Part shown: piece after piece, positions 49,673 through 58,619 of the stretch | Layout: each line of letters opens with the position of its first letter | Numbering within the stretch: position 1 is the stretch's first letter | Origin: a virus | Virus record (IMG/VR): IMGVR_UViG_3300022895_000010 | Strand: one strand, 5' to 3' | DNA length: 64,000 nucleotides | Position numbers and translations under genes: made by a program | The notes under the pieces: model-generated | Seen by the model: the letters and a program-made list of their open reading frames with translations, nothing else | Databases searched by the model: none | What the model was told of the DNA's origin: nothing

Positions 49673-50092
49673 ATGGCTACAATATTTAATCAAGAAGCTT
49701 TATTACAAGTCGATGTATTTTCTAGACCTGAATATCGTTCTGATTTAGAATCATTAGCTCAAGTTATTCAAAATATTATTATTATTGAAAAGGGTACATA
49801 TCCGAATCAACCAGAGCTAGGTGTAGGCATTAAGAATTATCTATTCGAGATTATTGATGGAAGAACCATTGTAACTTTAGAAGAGAATATTAAAGACCAA
49901 GTATATAGGTTTATTCCTAATGATAAGGCAGTAGAAATTAGTGTTTCTTTACTACCTAACCAATTAGGTAAAAATACTCTTGCTATCTTATGCAGTGTTT
50001 CTGATGCATATCAAAATCCAGAAAGTAAACAATTCTTAATACTTGTAGGTCAGAATAGTAACAAGAAAGTTATTTCAAAAATTATTTATTAA
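49673..50092 (+). CDS. Baseplate wedge subunit, T4 gp25/GPW-like
   Basis: IQNIIIIEKGTYPNQPELGVGIKNYLFE matches the gp25 GE..PxFG..L.E pattern. Confidence 0.75.
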   Translation: MATIFNQEALLQVDVFSRPEYRSDLESLAQVIQNIIIIEKGTYPNQPELGVGIKNYLFEIIDGRTIVTLEENIKDQVYRFIPNDKAVEISVSLLPNQLGKNTLAILCSVSDAYQNPESKQFLILVGQNSNKKVISKIIY

Positions 50093-50113
50093 TAATCTAG
50101 GGAGGTTATTATT

Positions 50114-51655
50114 ATGGAGAATAATCAACAACAAAAAGTTCAAAATATGATTGATGAAAGTACTCAAAAAGAATTCGGTATTATGCCTCAAGGTCAACAA
50201 GGTTATCAGCAAATGCAAGTACCTGTACAACAACAGGTAGTTCAGCAACAAAATACTCAACAAACTGATAGCTTAAAAGATGAGTTAGGTATTAAAAATC
50301 TACCTCAAACTGGTGGAGGTGATCCATTAAGCCATCTAGCTGGTTTTACAGGAGTTAGCGATTCAAATGCACCTCAAGGTCAACAACAATTTGAATATCA
50401 AACTCAACCAATGTCTCAAATGAGAGCCGAACAACAGCAACAACAAGTACCTGTACAACAACAGGTAGTTCAGCAACAAAATACTCAACCTGCAACTGAG
50501 AGACCAGTAATGAATATGCAGGAAATGTCTCAAAATAATACTGTTATGCCACAAAATATACAACAACAAAATCAGGTACAACAACAGGTTCAGCAAGAAC
50601 AAACTCAAGTACAGAATCAACAACAGGTAGTTAATAATCCTACAGGTCAGATTCAAGTACGTGAAGAAGAACATGTTCCTTCAGTTCAAGAACGTCGTCA
50701 ACGTGTTAAAGAAATTATTAAAGGTATTACAGTTGATTTAAACAACATTGATATCGTTGATGAAACACCTTTAACAAAAGTAGATGACTTTGAATTTATC
50801 TTAAAAGGAGCTTCAACATTCCAAGTTGTTGCTAACCAATCACATTATATTGCTTTCATGGAAGCATTAAAAATGATTGATATTAATATTATCACTAATT
50901 CTACTAATGATATTTATCATGATAGATCATTGATGTATAAAACAGTTCACTCTAAAATCAATACAACATCATTAGGTAAATTATCATTCCAAGATTGGTT
51001 GAAAATTACATCATTCTTTGATTTCCCTACTATCTTATACGGAGTATATGCACAAACATTCCCTGGTAATACTGATTTCCAAATCGAATGTCGTCATTGT
51101 GAAAAAACAGTTGATGTAACAGTTAACAATGATACTCTTGTTGCAATTAAAAATGATGAAAGTTTCCAAAATATTAGTGAAGTTATTGCTAGTATCAAAT
51201 CACCTAAACAGGCTCTTGAAAAGTCTCTTGTTAATAAAACTACTCGTGGTTTATTACCTGATTCTAAAATTATCATTAACGTTCAAACACCATCTCTATA
51301 CGATCACCTATCACTATTAAGTTCAGTTGATAGAGAGAAAGCAAAACAATTGATGGATATTCTTTCAACATTACTATTCATTAAGAGTGTGTTTATGTTG
51401 GACGTTCAGAAAACAGTAGATTCTGGTAAACCTAAGTATTATGAAATTACAGACCGAAACGAAATTCTAGGTATTCTTAAAGAGTTATCTCTTGATGATG
51501 CTAAAGAATTAGCTGAAGTAGTTAATAAACGTACTGATGAGTTCGGTATTGATTATAAAATTAAGAACTTCCAATGTCCTAAGTGTCATAAAGGTATTGG
51601 TGATATTCCAGTAGATATCGAACAATTGCTTTTTCATCAACTTCTCCGACACTAA
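50114..51655 (+). CDS. Baseplate hub/tail assembly chaperone-like protein (T4 gp26/gp51-like) with Q-rich N-terminus
   Basis: Two CxxC motifs (CRHC, CPKC), D...ILYGVY..TF motif, adjacent to the gp25-like gene. Confidence 0.55.
   Translation: MENNQQQKVQNMIDESTQKEFGIMPQGQQGYQQMQVPVQQQVVQQQNTQQTDSLKDELGIKNLPQTGGGDPLSHLAGFTGVSDSNAPQGQQQFEYQTQPMSQMRAEQQQQQVPVQQQVVQQQNTQPATERPVMNMQEMSQNNTVMPQNIQQQNQVQQQVQQEQTQVQNQQQVVNNPTGQIQVREEEHVPSVQERRQRVKEIIKGITVDLNNIDIVDETPLTKVDDFEFILKGASTFQVVANQSHYIAFMEALKMIDINIITNSTNDIYHDRSLMYKTVHSKINTTSLGKLSFQDWLKITSFFDFPTILYGVYAQTFPGNTDFQIECRHCEKTVDVTVNNDTLVAIKNDESFQNISEVIASIKSPKQALEKSLVNKTTRGLLPDSKIIINVQTPSLYDHLSLLSSVDREKAKQLMDILSTLLFIKSVFMLDVQKTVDSGKPKYYEITDRNEILGILKELSLDDAKELAEVVNKRTDEFGIDYKIKNFQCPKCHKGIGDIPVDIEQLLFHQLLRH
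50216..50489 (+). repeat. 46-bp exact direct repeat within the Q-rich coding region
   Basis: CAAGTACCTGTACAACAACAGGTAGTTCAGCAACAAAATACTCAAC at 50216-50261 and 50444-50489. Confidence 0.9.
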
Positions 51656-51900
51656 AAGATGGTGAGAATCATCTAGAAAGAAAGATTAAACTAGATGCCA
51701 AACTCATTCTTTACTTATTAGATTTATTTGAGGGAAGAATTTCGTATGAAGAAATAGTTCATATGGAACTTCCCTTGCTTTTTGAATTAAGAAAAGCTAA
51801 AGAAGATAGGTTGGAGAAGGAAGCTAAACGTATTGAGAAGAGTATGAAAGAAGCTAATGATAAGAAGAAAGAAAAAACTGTTTCAAACGTTCGTAAATAA
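51604..51900 (+). CDS. Start-less -1-frame ORF, probable frameshift extension of 50114..51655
   Basis: Open for 98 sense codons with no ATG/GTG/TTG until 51763 and no SD. Encodes LILYLLDLFEGRISYEEIVHMELPLLFELRKAKE... Confidence 0.6.
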   Translation, partial: YSSRYRTIAFSSTSPTLKDGENHLERKIKLDAKLILYLLDLFEGRISYEEIVHMELPLLFELRKAKEDRLEKEAKRIEKSMKEANDKKKEKTVSNVRK

Positions 51901-51919
51901 AGAAAGGGGTTAGATGTAA

Positions 51920-52240
51920 ATGTGTGTACCAGAGCAAATTATCTTTAGTAAACTTACATCGAATCATTCTAATCCTACAGAAAATTTTTTAAATTCATTA
52001 AAGTTTAGAGATAATGCTTTTAATTTAACTAATTTTCTTAGTGTTCTAAATGATAATAATGTATCCTATGAAATTCTTTCTGGTTTTAAACATGATTCAG
52101 GAGATGAAATGGAAAGTACATTTAAGAAGTGTACTATTAAACTAGAAGATGCTGGGATCATAGAAAATTATTATAATGATGAATATGGTTTAGATGTAGG
52201 TATTATTGATGATCAAACAATAGAAATTTCAGTTAAATAG
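51920..52240 (+). CDS. Hypothetical protein
   Basis: SD GAAAGGGG. Confidence 0.6.
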   Translation: MCVPEQIIFSKLTSNHSNPTENFLNSLKFRDNAFNLTNFLSVLNDNNVSYEILSGFKHDSGDEMESTFKKCTIKLEDAGIIENYYNDEYGLDVGIIDDQTIEISVK

Positions 52241-52259
52241 ATATATAAAGGAGATTATT

Positions 52260-54005
52260 ATGACAACAACTACTTTACAAGAACTTAAAAATAAACAACT
52301 AATTCGTTCTAATGTAATAAATTCAGAATTATCTAAACAGTTAATCCAAGGAACTTTAGAAGATATTGCTAATATCTTAGCTAAGACTCTTGGACCTTAT
52401 GGTTCTACTACTATCATTGAAGATAGAATGGTCAATCATACTATTAGTAAAGATGGTTACACTCTATTAAATAAAATCCGTTACGAAGGAGAAGTACCTC
52501 CTACTACACATGAATTAGTTAAATCAGTTAGTCGTTCATTAGTTCGTGAAGTTGGTGATGGTTCTACATCTTCAATTGTTATTTCTAATGCATTACTTAA
52601 AAATTTAAATAAAGGTCAATTAATTAAGCAATTACCATCTAAAGAAGTTTTAGATTATCTTTCTGCTATTGAAGAATATCTAACGGATGCTATTTTAGAA
52701 AGATCTATTGCAATTACAGATAAAAACTTTGACGTTATTAAAAATATTGCAAGTATTGCTAATAATAATGATGATAAAGCAGGAGATTTAATTTATAACC
52801 TATATAAAGAAATTGGTAAAGATGGTTTCATTAATTTAGAGAAATCACCAATTGAAGAAGATAGTTATGAAATCTCTAAAGGTGTTGAATTACCTCGTGG
52901 TTATATTCATAACATTTTTGCTAATACTTCTAATAAAATTGACTATTCAGTAGAGAAACCATTTATCTTCTTATGTAATGATGTATTAACTGAAGAAGAC
53001 CAAACATTAGTTGCTGAATTATTAGGTATTGCTTTATCAAATGCAAAACCTCTAGTATTTATTGCAAAAGGTTATAGTTCTGAAATTGCCAATATGTTAA
53101 AGATTAACAAAAATAGTGCTCGTGATACTTTACAAATCGCTGCTACTGATTACGCTTTTGTTAATAAAAATCATTTTGATTCATTTGATGACTTAGCATT
53201 ATACCTTAATGCAACTGTTTATGATAAATATAACAATAATCCTATTTCAGATGACAAAAATGATCTAATGAAAATGTTGGGGATGGCTGAAAAAGTTATA
53301 ATGGATGATTCAACTACTAAATTAATTGGTGGTTGGGCTAATGCTGATAAAATTAAAGAACGTATTGAATTGATCGATGAATTTATTATTGATGTTAAAA
53401 GTCAAGATAAAGCAAGAGATATTGAAAAAGATCTATATAATCTACAAAAGCGTAAAGCTAATCTAGGTTGTAAAACTGCTACTTTATATGTAGGTGGTAA
53501 TTCAGAGATTGAAAAAGAAACTAGAATGTATCTAATGGAAGATGCAATTTATGCTTGTCGTTCTGCTATTAAACATGGTTATATTTCAGGTGGTAACTTA
53601 GTTATTCCTAAAATTATTAGTCAGAACTCAACTGATATTGCTACATTCTTAGCGGCAAAAGATATTAATAAGAGTATTAGTGAAGATGATTTATATCTAA
53701 TTCTTTTAGAACTTATTGATATTCTATTTGAATCATTTGCAGAATCATTCAGAACTGTTCTTAGAAATATAAATTCTGAACTTGTTGATGATACATTTAT
53801 TTATAATACAATTAACAAGTGTATTGCTGATTCTAGTTTCTTTAATATTAAATCTCATCGTTATGAGTCTGATTTAGATACTAAAGTTATTAACTCAGCT
53901 ATGACAGATATTCAAATTATGAAAGCTTCATTCAGTATTGTTGGTCTAATGTACACTAGTAATCAATTTATTGCTAGTTCTGTTAGAGATTATGATATGA
54001 ACTAA
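52260..54005 (+). CDS. groEL: Phage-encoded GroEL-like chaperonin
   Basis: TLGPYG, ISKDGYT, EVGDGSTS, VGGNSEIE..E...EDA..A..SA...G...GG. Confidence 0.92.
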   Translation: MTTTTLQELKNKQLIRSNVINSELSKQLIQGTLEDIANILAKTLGPYGSTTIIEDRMVNHTISKDGYTLLNKIRYEGEVPPTTHELVKSVSRSLVREVGDGSTSSIVISNALLKNLNKGQLIKQLPSKEVLDYLSAIEEYLTDAILERSIAITDKNFDVIKNIASIANNNDDKAGDLIYNLYKEIGKDGFINLEKSPIEEDSYEISKGVELPRGYIHNIFANTSNKIDYSVEKPFIFLCNDVLTEEDQTLVAELLGIALSNAKPLVFIAKGYSSEIANMLKINKNSARDTLQIAATDYAFVNKNHFDSFDDLALYLNATVYDKYNNNPISDDKNDLMKMLGMAEKVIMDDSTTKLIGGWANADKIKERIELIDEFIIDVKSQDKARDIEKDLYNLQKRKANLGCKTATLYVGGNSEIEKETRMYLMEDAIYACRSAIKHGYISGGNLVIPKIISQNSTDIATFLAAKDINKSISEDDLYLILLELIDILFESFAESFRTVLRNINSELVDDTFIYNTINKCIADSSFFNIKSHRYESDLDTKVINSAMTDIQIMKASFSIVGLMYTSNQFIASSVRDYDMN

Positions 54006-54083
54006 TTATTATGTGGTAAGATTGTATTGATATAAAATACGATCTTACCACCTTTAACCGCTTTATTTTTTAAAAATTAAATT

Positions 54084-54095
54084 AACAAAGTATTA
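54084..54095 (+). promoter_or_regulatory. Late promoter motif AACA-N6-TA
   Basis: AACA-aagtat-TA after a hairpin at 54013-54051. Confidence 0.5.
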
Positions 54096-54103
54096 TGTAA
54101 GGG

Positions 54104-54838
54104 GTGATAATATTGAAGGTAATGACAATGAAACAATTTCTTCAAAACCCTTCTGGTAAGAGTTCAGCTTATTTTGCTCGAAGGGATTTAATTATTGAAA
54201 ATTTAGAGAATAGGTACTACAAGATACTTAAGGAATATGGAACGTATATTAAACTACATACTTTTAAAGACGGCTCTGATTTCTACTTCTTCTTTAAATT
54301 TCCTTCAGAAAAGTTTGGAGATAAGGTAATGTATGATGTGATTATTCAATTGATTCCAATTGGTAATGCACAAAGTGACTTTACGCTCTCAAACTATGCA
54401 TTAAAGGTTTTTAGTAATTCACCTAACTTCCTTTTTACATATGCGTATATTTACAACCAAGATGGAATTGTTATCAACTGGTTAAAAGATAAGGTAGGTA
54501 AAATGGCTTTAAATAATCCGCCAACAATTAAGAACCCTTCCGAATCTTATGGTTTTGAAAAAAGTGTTTATTTCTGCTTGCTCTACATACGTGAACATCG
54601 ACTTATTCATAAAAGCTCTTTTAAAGATGAAAAATTATCTAAGAAAAAAGTATTGGATAATATTTCCAGTTGCGAAAATAAAATAAAAGAGTATAATAAA
54701 GAAAAGGGACGAGTTTCTGCCGAGAAAAAGAAAAAGAAAATGACATCTAAGAAGGTTTCGACAAATAAAAAGAAACCAAGCAAACCTCTACCTACGAAGC
54801 AACGTCTTACTAAGAAATATAACAGTAAGAAGAAATAG
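54104..54838 (+). CDS. Conserved jumbo-phage hypothetical protein with basic C-tail
   Basis: KVFSNSPNFLFTYAY..PPTIKNP motif and Lys-rich tail. Start uncertain. Confidence 0.55.
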   Translation: MIILKVMTMKQFLQNPSGKSSAYFARRDLIIENLENRYYKILKEYGTYIKLHTFKDGSDFYFFFKFPSEKFGDKVMYDVIIQLIPIGNAQSDFTLSNYALKVFSNSPNFLFTYAYIYNQDGIVINWLKDKVGKMALNNPPTIKNPSESYGFEKSVYFCLLYIREHRLIHKSSFKDEKLSKKKVLDNISSCENKIKEYNKEKGRVSAEKKKKKMTSKKVSTNKKKPSKPLPTKQRLTKKYNSKKK

Positions 54839-54844
54839 TTTTTT

Positions 54845-54858
54845 AAAGATATATTATA
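54845..54858 (+). promoter_or_regulatory. Early-type promoter motif
   Basis: AAAGATATATTATA upstream of the candidate nvRNAP specificity subunit. Confidence 0.5.
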
Positions 54859-54919
54859 TTATAGCTTATATTATTACTTTATTTATTTTTATAGTTTATA
54901 GTAGGGGGAATATACTATT

Positions 54920-56317
54920 ATGTCAAAGCCAAAGTTTAAGAATCAGTATGTTAATGCGAGAGAGGAGAATCGCACTATCATCATTGATTACAACAAGATT
55001 CTAGGAAGAGATGATCTAGAAGACAAGTCTACTTATGTTATTAACAGACGTTCCTTCTATAAGATTTTAGACTTCATTGCAGATGATATTGATTATATCA
55101 TTAAACACAATGAGAAATTAAGTCTAACTCTACTTAGTATCCGCTTGAACATCTATTCAGAGACAGAGAAATATAACAAAAAGATGTTCTATGATGACTT
55201 ATTAGAGATTGTTAATGATGAAAGTATCAAGGAAACAATCAGTGAGTTCGTCGAATCTTCTTATACATTGAACTTAGATGATGTTAAGAAGAAAAATGTT
55301 ATTAAAGAACTTCAATTAACAGATGAAGTGAACAAGATTTATCTTAAGTCAGCTATGATGATGAGACTACTATTACCAGTCTTATGTGACTATAAAATGC
55401 ATGGCAAGAATGATACTATCTTCTTAAACATCTTTAAAGACTGTATTCGAAGCTTTAATGATGGAAAGGAAAATGCTTTAAACAAGCTTTATAAGATTAT
55501 CTTCTCAAGAATATTCCAAACTAAATATTCTGATAAGGTAATGTGGAGATTCTTAAAGAATATATCTTTAGATCCACACTTGTTTACAACCAAAGTATTT
55601 AAGAGTATCATTAAAATTATTTTACCAAAGTTAGAACACAATACTTCTTCAATTTCTTATTTAGATGTAGTCATTAGACGTAAACTGAACTTTGAGTTTA
55701 CATTTAACCATCCAATATCATATAAGTCAATCAGAGCAAATAATACTAATGATGATTTAGATGATAAAGATAAATTAGAAATCAACTCTTCTTTACTGAG
55801 AAGTGATGAAGGGTTATTAGTATTGAACAACTGTTCAATTAAGAGAGAGATAAGATTAATAGTTAAAAAGTATAATATAAGCGAAGAAGATGTTGAAACA
55901 TTTAGAAAAGAGGTAGGTTTAAATACTATCCAAGAGAAATTGTTAAACATCTATTACAGTAATAAGTTTGAAATTGTATGTAATGACACAAATCGTATCT
56001 ATCTTATTTTAGGTATGATTAAAGGTTTAGAGGAACAAGGATTTAGATTATTACCAGTACTTCTTGAATCAAGATTAGATGAATTTGAGCGAAGAGTAAA
56101 TAGTAGGAAGAAGCTTATTGAGAAGGTAGTTAGTTCAAATAAGTATAAGAAGCTATTAAAAGATTACGTTAATATTAGTAATATCTTGGCTAAGAATAAC
56201 TCTATCTTATCCCTTACAACAATTAAGAATAACAAGTTTATTCATAAGGGTGAAGAAGTTAATATAGAAATGGAAATTCTTTCAGATGAGATCCTAGACC
56301 TTCTAATCTTAATTTAA
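54920..56317 (+). CDS. Candidate promoter-specificity (sigma-like) subunit of non-virion RNAP, AR9 gp226-like
   Basis: 465 aa, helical, two genes after the chaperonin (in AR9 the chaperonin is gp228 and the specificity subunit is gp226, about 464 aa). Has an early promoter. Assigned by synteny and size, not by alignment. Confidence 0.55.
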   Translation: MSKPKFKNQYVNAREENRTIIIDYNKILGRDDLEDKSTYVINRRSFYKILDFIADDIDYIIKHNEKLSLTLLSIRLNIYSETEKYNKKMFYDDLLEIVNDESIKETISEFVESSYTLNLDDVKKKNVIKELQLTDEVNKIYLKSAMMMRLLLPVLCDYKMHGKNDTIFLNIFKDCIRSFNDGKENALNKLYKIIFSRIFQTKYSDKVMWRFLKNISLDPHLFTTKVFKSIIKIILPKLEHNTSSISYLDVVIRRKLNFEFTFNHPISYKSIRANNTNDDLDDKDKLEINSSLLRSDEGLLVLNNCSIKREIRLIVKKYNISEEDVETFRKEVGLNTIQEKLLNIYYSNKFEIVCNDTNRIYLILGMIKGLEEQGFRLLPVLLESRLDEFERRVNSRKKLIEKVVSSNKYKKLLKDYVNISNILAKNNSILSLTTIKNNKFIHKGEEVNIEMEILSDEILDLLILI

Positions 56318-56386
56318 AATACAAAAATAAACAAGACTATATACAACATATGGTCTTGTTTATTTTTTATCATTTGAAAGGATTGA

Positions 56387-57457
56387 TTGTATATGGCTTA
56401 TGATTTAACTTTATATAGTTTTCTTAAGAAACACTTAAGAGTATGTAGAAAGTCTGGTAGAGGTGACGAGACTATCATCCGTTGTCCTTTCTGTGGTGAT
56501 AGTAGAAAAAGCGCTAAAAGTGCTCACTTCTATATTCAAAATAAACCACCATATAAAATGTACTGTCAAAAGTGTACAACATCTGGTATATTCAATAATG
56601 AGATGCTAGGTAAATTAGGTTTATTTGATGTTGAAGTTTCTAATATGCTTAAAAACTCTTATAAGCAGTATTTAAAGAATATCAATATTAAATACGGTGG
56701 TTCATTCACTAGCTACTTCCTTAAGCAGAAAATTATATTTGAACCAAACCAATTTACAGATTTAGAATTAGATAAACTAGATTATGTAAATAAACGATTA
56801 GGTATTGAGATTGAATACAAGGATATTACCAAGTATAAACTAGTATTGAATCTTGAGGACTTCTTAGTAAATAATAAGATTGAGAAAGATAAAATCTTAA
56901 CCGATGATAAAGGTAAAAGGAATAAGAAGAAGGAAATGATGTTTGACCTATGTCAAAAATATGCAGTAGGTTTCTTAACATTCGATAAAAATATTATTGT
57001 ATTTAGAAGCTTAGATGAAGAGAAGACTGGTTTTAGATATCATAACTTTAGAATATTCGATGATGATTTTGAAACTACTAAGAAATTCTATGCACTCACT
57101 GATATAATAGATTTAAAATCAAGTGTAATAGAAATTGTTATGTCTGAAGGTATAATGGATATTGTAGGTATTTATAATCATATTTATAAAAAAGAAAATA
57201 AGGTAAATAGACTCTATATATCAGCGAATGGTAAAGGGTTTGACTTTATATTAACATATCTATCAACATTAGGTATATTAAATTGCGATATATTTATCTA
57301 TTCAGATAATGATGTCAAGTTACCTTATTATGAAAATCTTCAGAAGTATAATTTAGTAGTAAAGTATAATGGAGCTAAAATTCATTATAATAAAAAGAGT
57401 AAAGACTTTGGAGTTCCAATAGAAGATATTGAACTGGATCGAGTTATTAGTATTTAG
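56387..57457 (+). CDS. DNA primase (zinc ribbon plus TOPRIM)
   Basis: CPFCGD...H...CQKC, SEGIMD and YSDND. The start is probably ATG 56393. Confidence 0.8.
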   Translation: MYMAYDLTLYSFLKKHLRVCRKSGRGDETIIRCPFCGDSRKSAKSAHFYIQNKPPYKMYCQKCTTSGIFNNEMLGKLGLFDVEVSNMLKNSYKQYLKNINIKYGGSFTSYFLKQKIIFEPNQFTDLELDKLDYVNKRLGIEIEYKDITKYKLVLNLEDFLVNNKIEKDKILTDDKGKRNKKKEMMFDLCQKYAVGFLTFDKNIIVFRSLDEEKTGFRYHNFRIFDDDFETTKKFYALTDIIDLKSSVIEIVMSEGIMDIVGIYNHIYKKENKVNRLYISANGKGFDFILTYLSTLGILNCDIFIYSDNDVKLPYYENLQKYNLVVKYNGAKIHYNKKSKDFGVPIEDIELDRVISI

Positions 57458-57469
57458 GGGGATTATTAC

Positions 57470-58570
57470 ATGCATACATTAGAAAAGATTTTACATTCAA
57501 AGAAACTAGCTTATAGATATTTAGAACCATTAATGGAACAATATGTTTCAAGAAATAAATTAACACCTTTTTCAACAGAGGTAAATATCTATATTGATGT
57601 TGCAGAAGTATTTAAATCATTATATAATCCAAAGGTAATGAATTTATTAGATTCATTAAAGAGTAAAGAACGTTTTATAATAGCTTCAGAAATTGTCAAT
57701 CTAGTAAGTCATTATAGACATTTCTTCTATTCAAGAATGAATATGTACTCTACTTTTTATTTCTATTATTCAGATGAACAATCTGAATATCACACTAATA
57801 TTGATTCTGATTATAAGAGAGAATATTATTCTAAACGTCTACAGTCAGGTGATTCATATAATAAAATATTTGATAGAATTGTGTATGATAATGTTAAGCT
57901 AATTAATTCATTTCTTCAATACGTTCCTCATGCATATTTTATTAATACAAAGCAACTAGAACCAAATGCTTTACCTTATTATATGATTAGTAAATGTGAA
58001 AATAAAGATACAATGCATATGATTCTTAGTAATGATAAAGTGCAATATCAGAATTTAACAATAACTGATAAAGTTATTCAGCTTGAAAATAGAGGTGAGA
58101 ATTCAGTAATTATTACATCCGAAAATATGTATGAATACATATTAAAGGATTCTAAAACTAAAACTGAGTTTTCTATGTTCCCTGAATTATTTCCTGTATT
58201 AGTATCAATGGTTAATCAAAAAGCTTATGATATAAAAGGTATTAAGAATTTAGGATACGTTAGAGGAATGACATTCATAGATCAATGTATTGATAATGGT
58301 TCTTTAAAGAATATTGAATATCTTGATATTGAAGAATTAGAGAATTCATTAAGAGATGAACTAAAACCAGACCAATTAGAGAAGTTTATTAATAACTTTA
58401 AAATGTTTAATCATCATATTGTTGTCAGTGAAAACCATTATGATATTATAGTTGAAAAACAAATCATTGATAGAATAGATGCTTTAAGTGTTAGAAAAAT
58501 TAATGAAAAATACTTTGAACTAGCACCAGTACTCATTGACTACTGTTATGAAGGAGAAGAGTATGAATAA
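57470..58570 (+). CDS. 5'-3' exonuclease/FEN (PIN-like) fold protein
   Basis: IYID, YKREY, LEP, ILSND..YQ and H3TH-like DIKGIKNLG. Confidence 0.55.
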   Translation: MHTLEKILHSKKLAYRYLEPLMEQYVSRNKLTPFSTEVNIYIDVAEVFKSLYNPKVMNLLDSLKSKERFIIASEIVNLVSHYRHFFYSRMNMYSTFYFYYSDEQSEYHTNIDSDYKREYYSKRLQSGDSYNKIFDRIVYDNVKLINSFLQYVPHAYFINTKQLEPNALPYYMISKCENKDTMHMILSNDKVQYQNLTITDKVIQLENRGENSVIITSENMYEYILKDSKTKTEFSMFPELFPVLVSMVNQKAYDIKGIKNLGYVRGMTFIDQCIDNGSLKNIEYLDIEELENSLRDELKPDQLEKFINNFKMFNHHIVVSENHYDIIVEKQIIDRIDALSVRKINEKYFELAPVLIDYCYEGEEYE

Positions 58571-58619
58571 TGAGAGATACTTACGTATCTCTTTTTTTTT
58601 TATAAAGGGGGAAATATAA

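Noticed and set aside
50216-50489. Direct repeats as a possible CRISPR array
   Set aside because: There are only two copies, in frame inside a Q-rich CDS, with no spacer periodicity and no cas genes.
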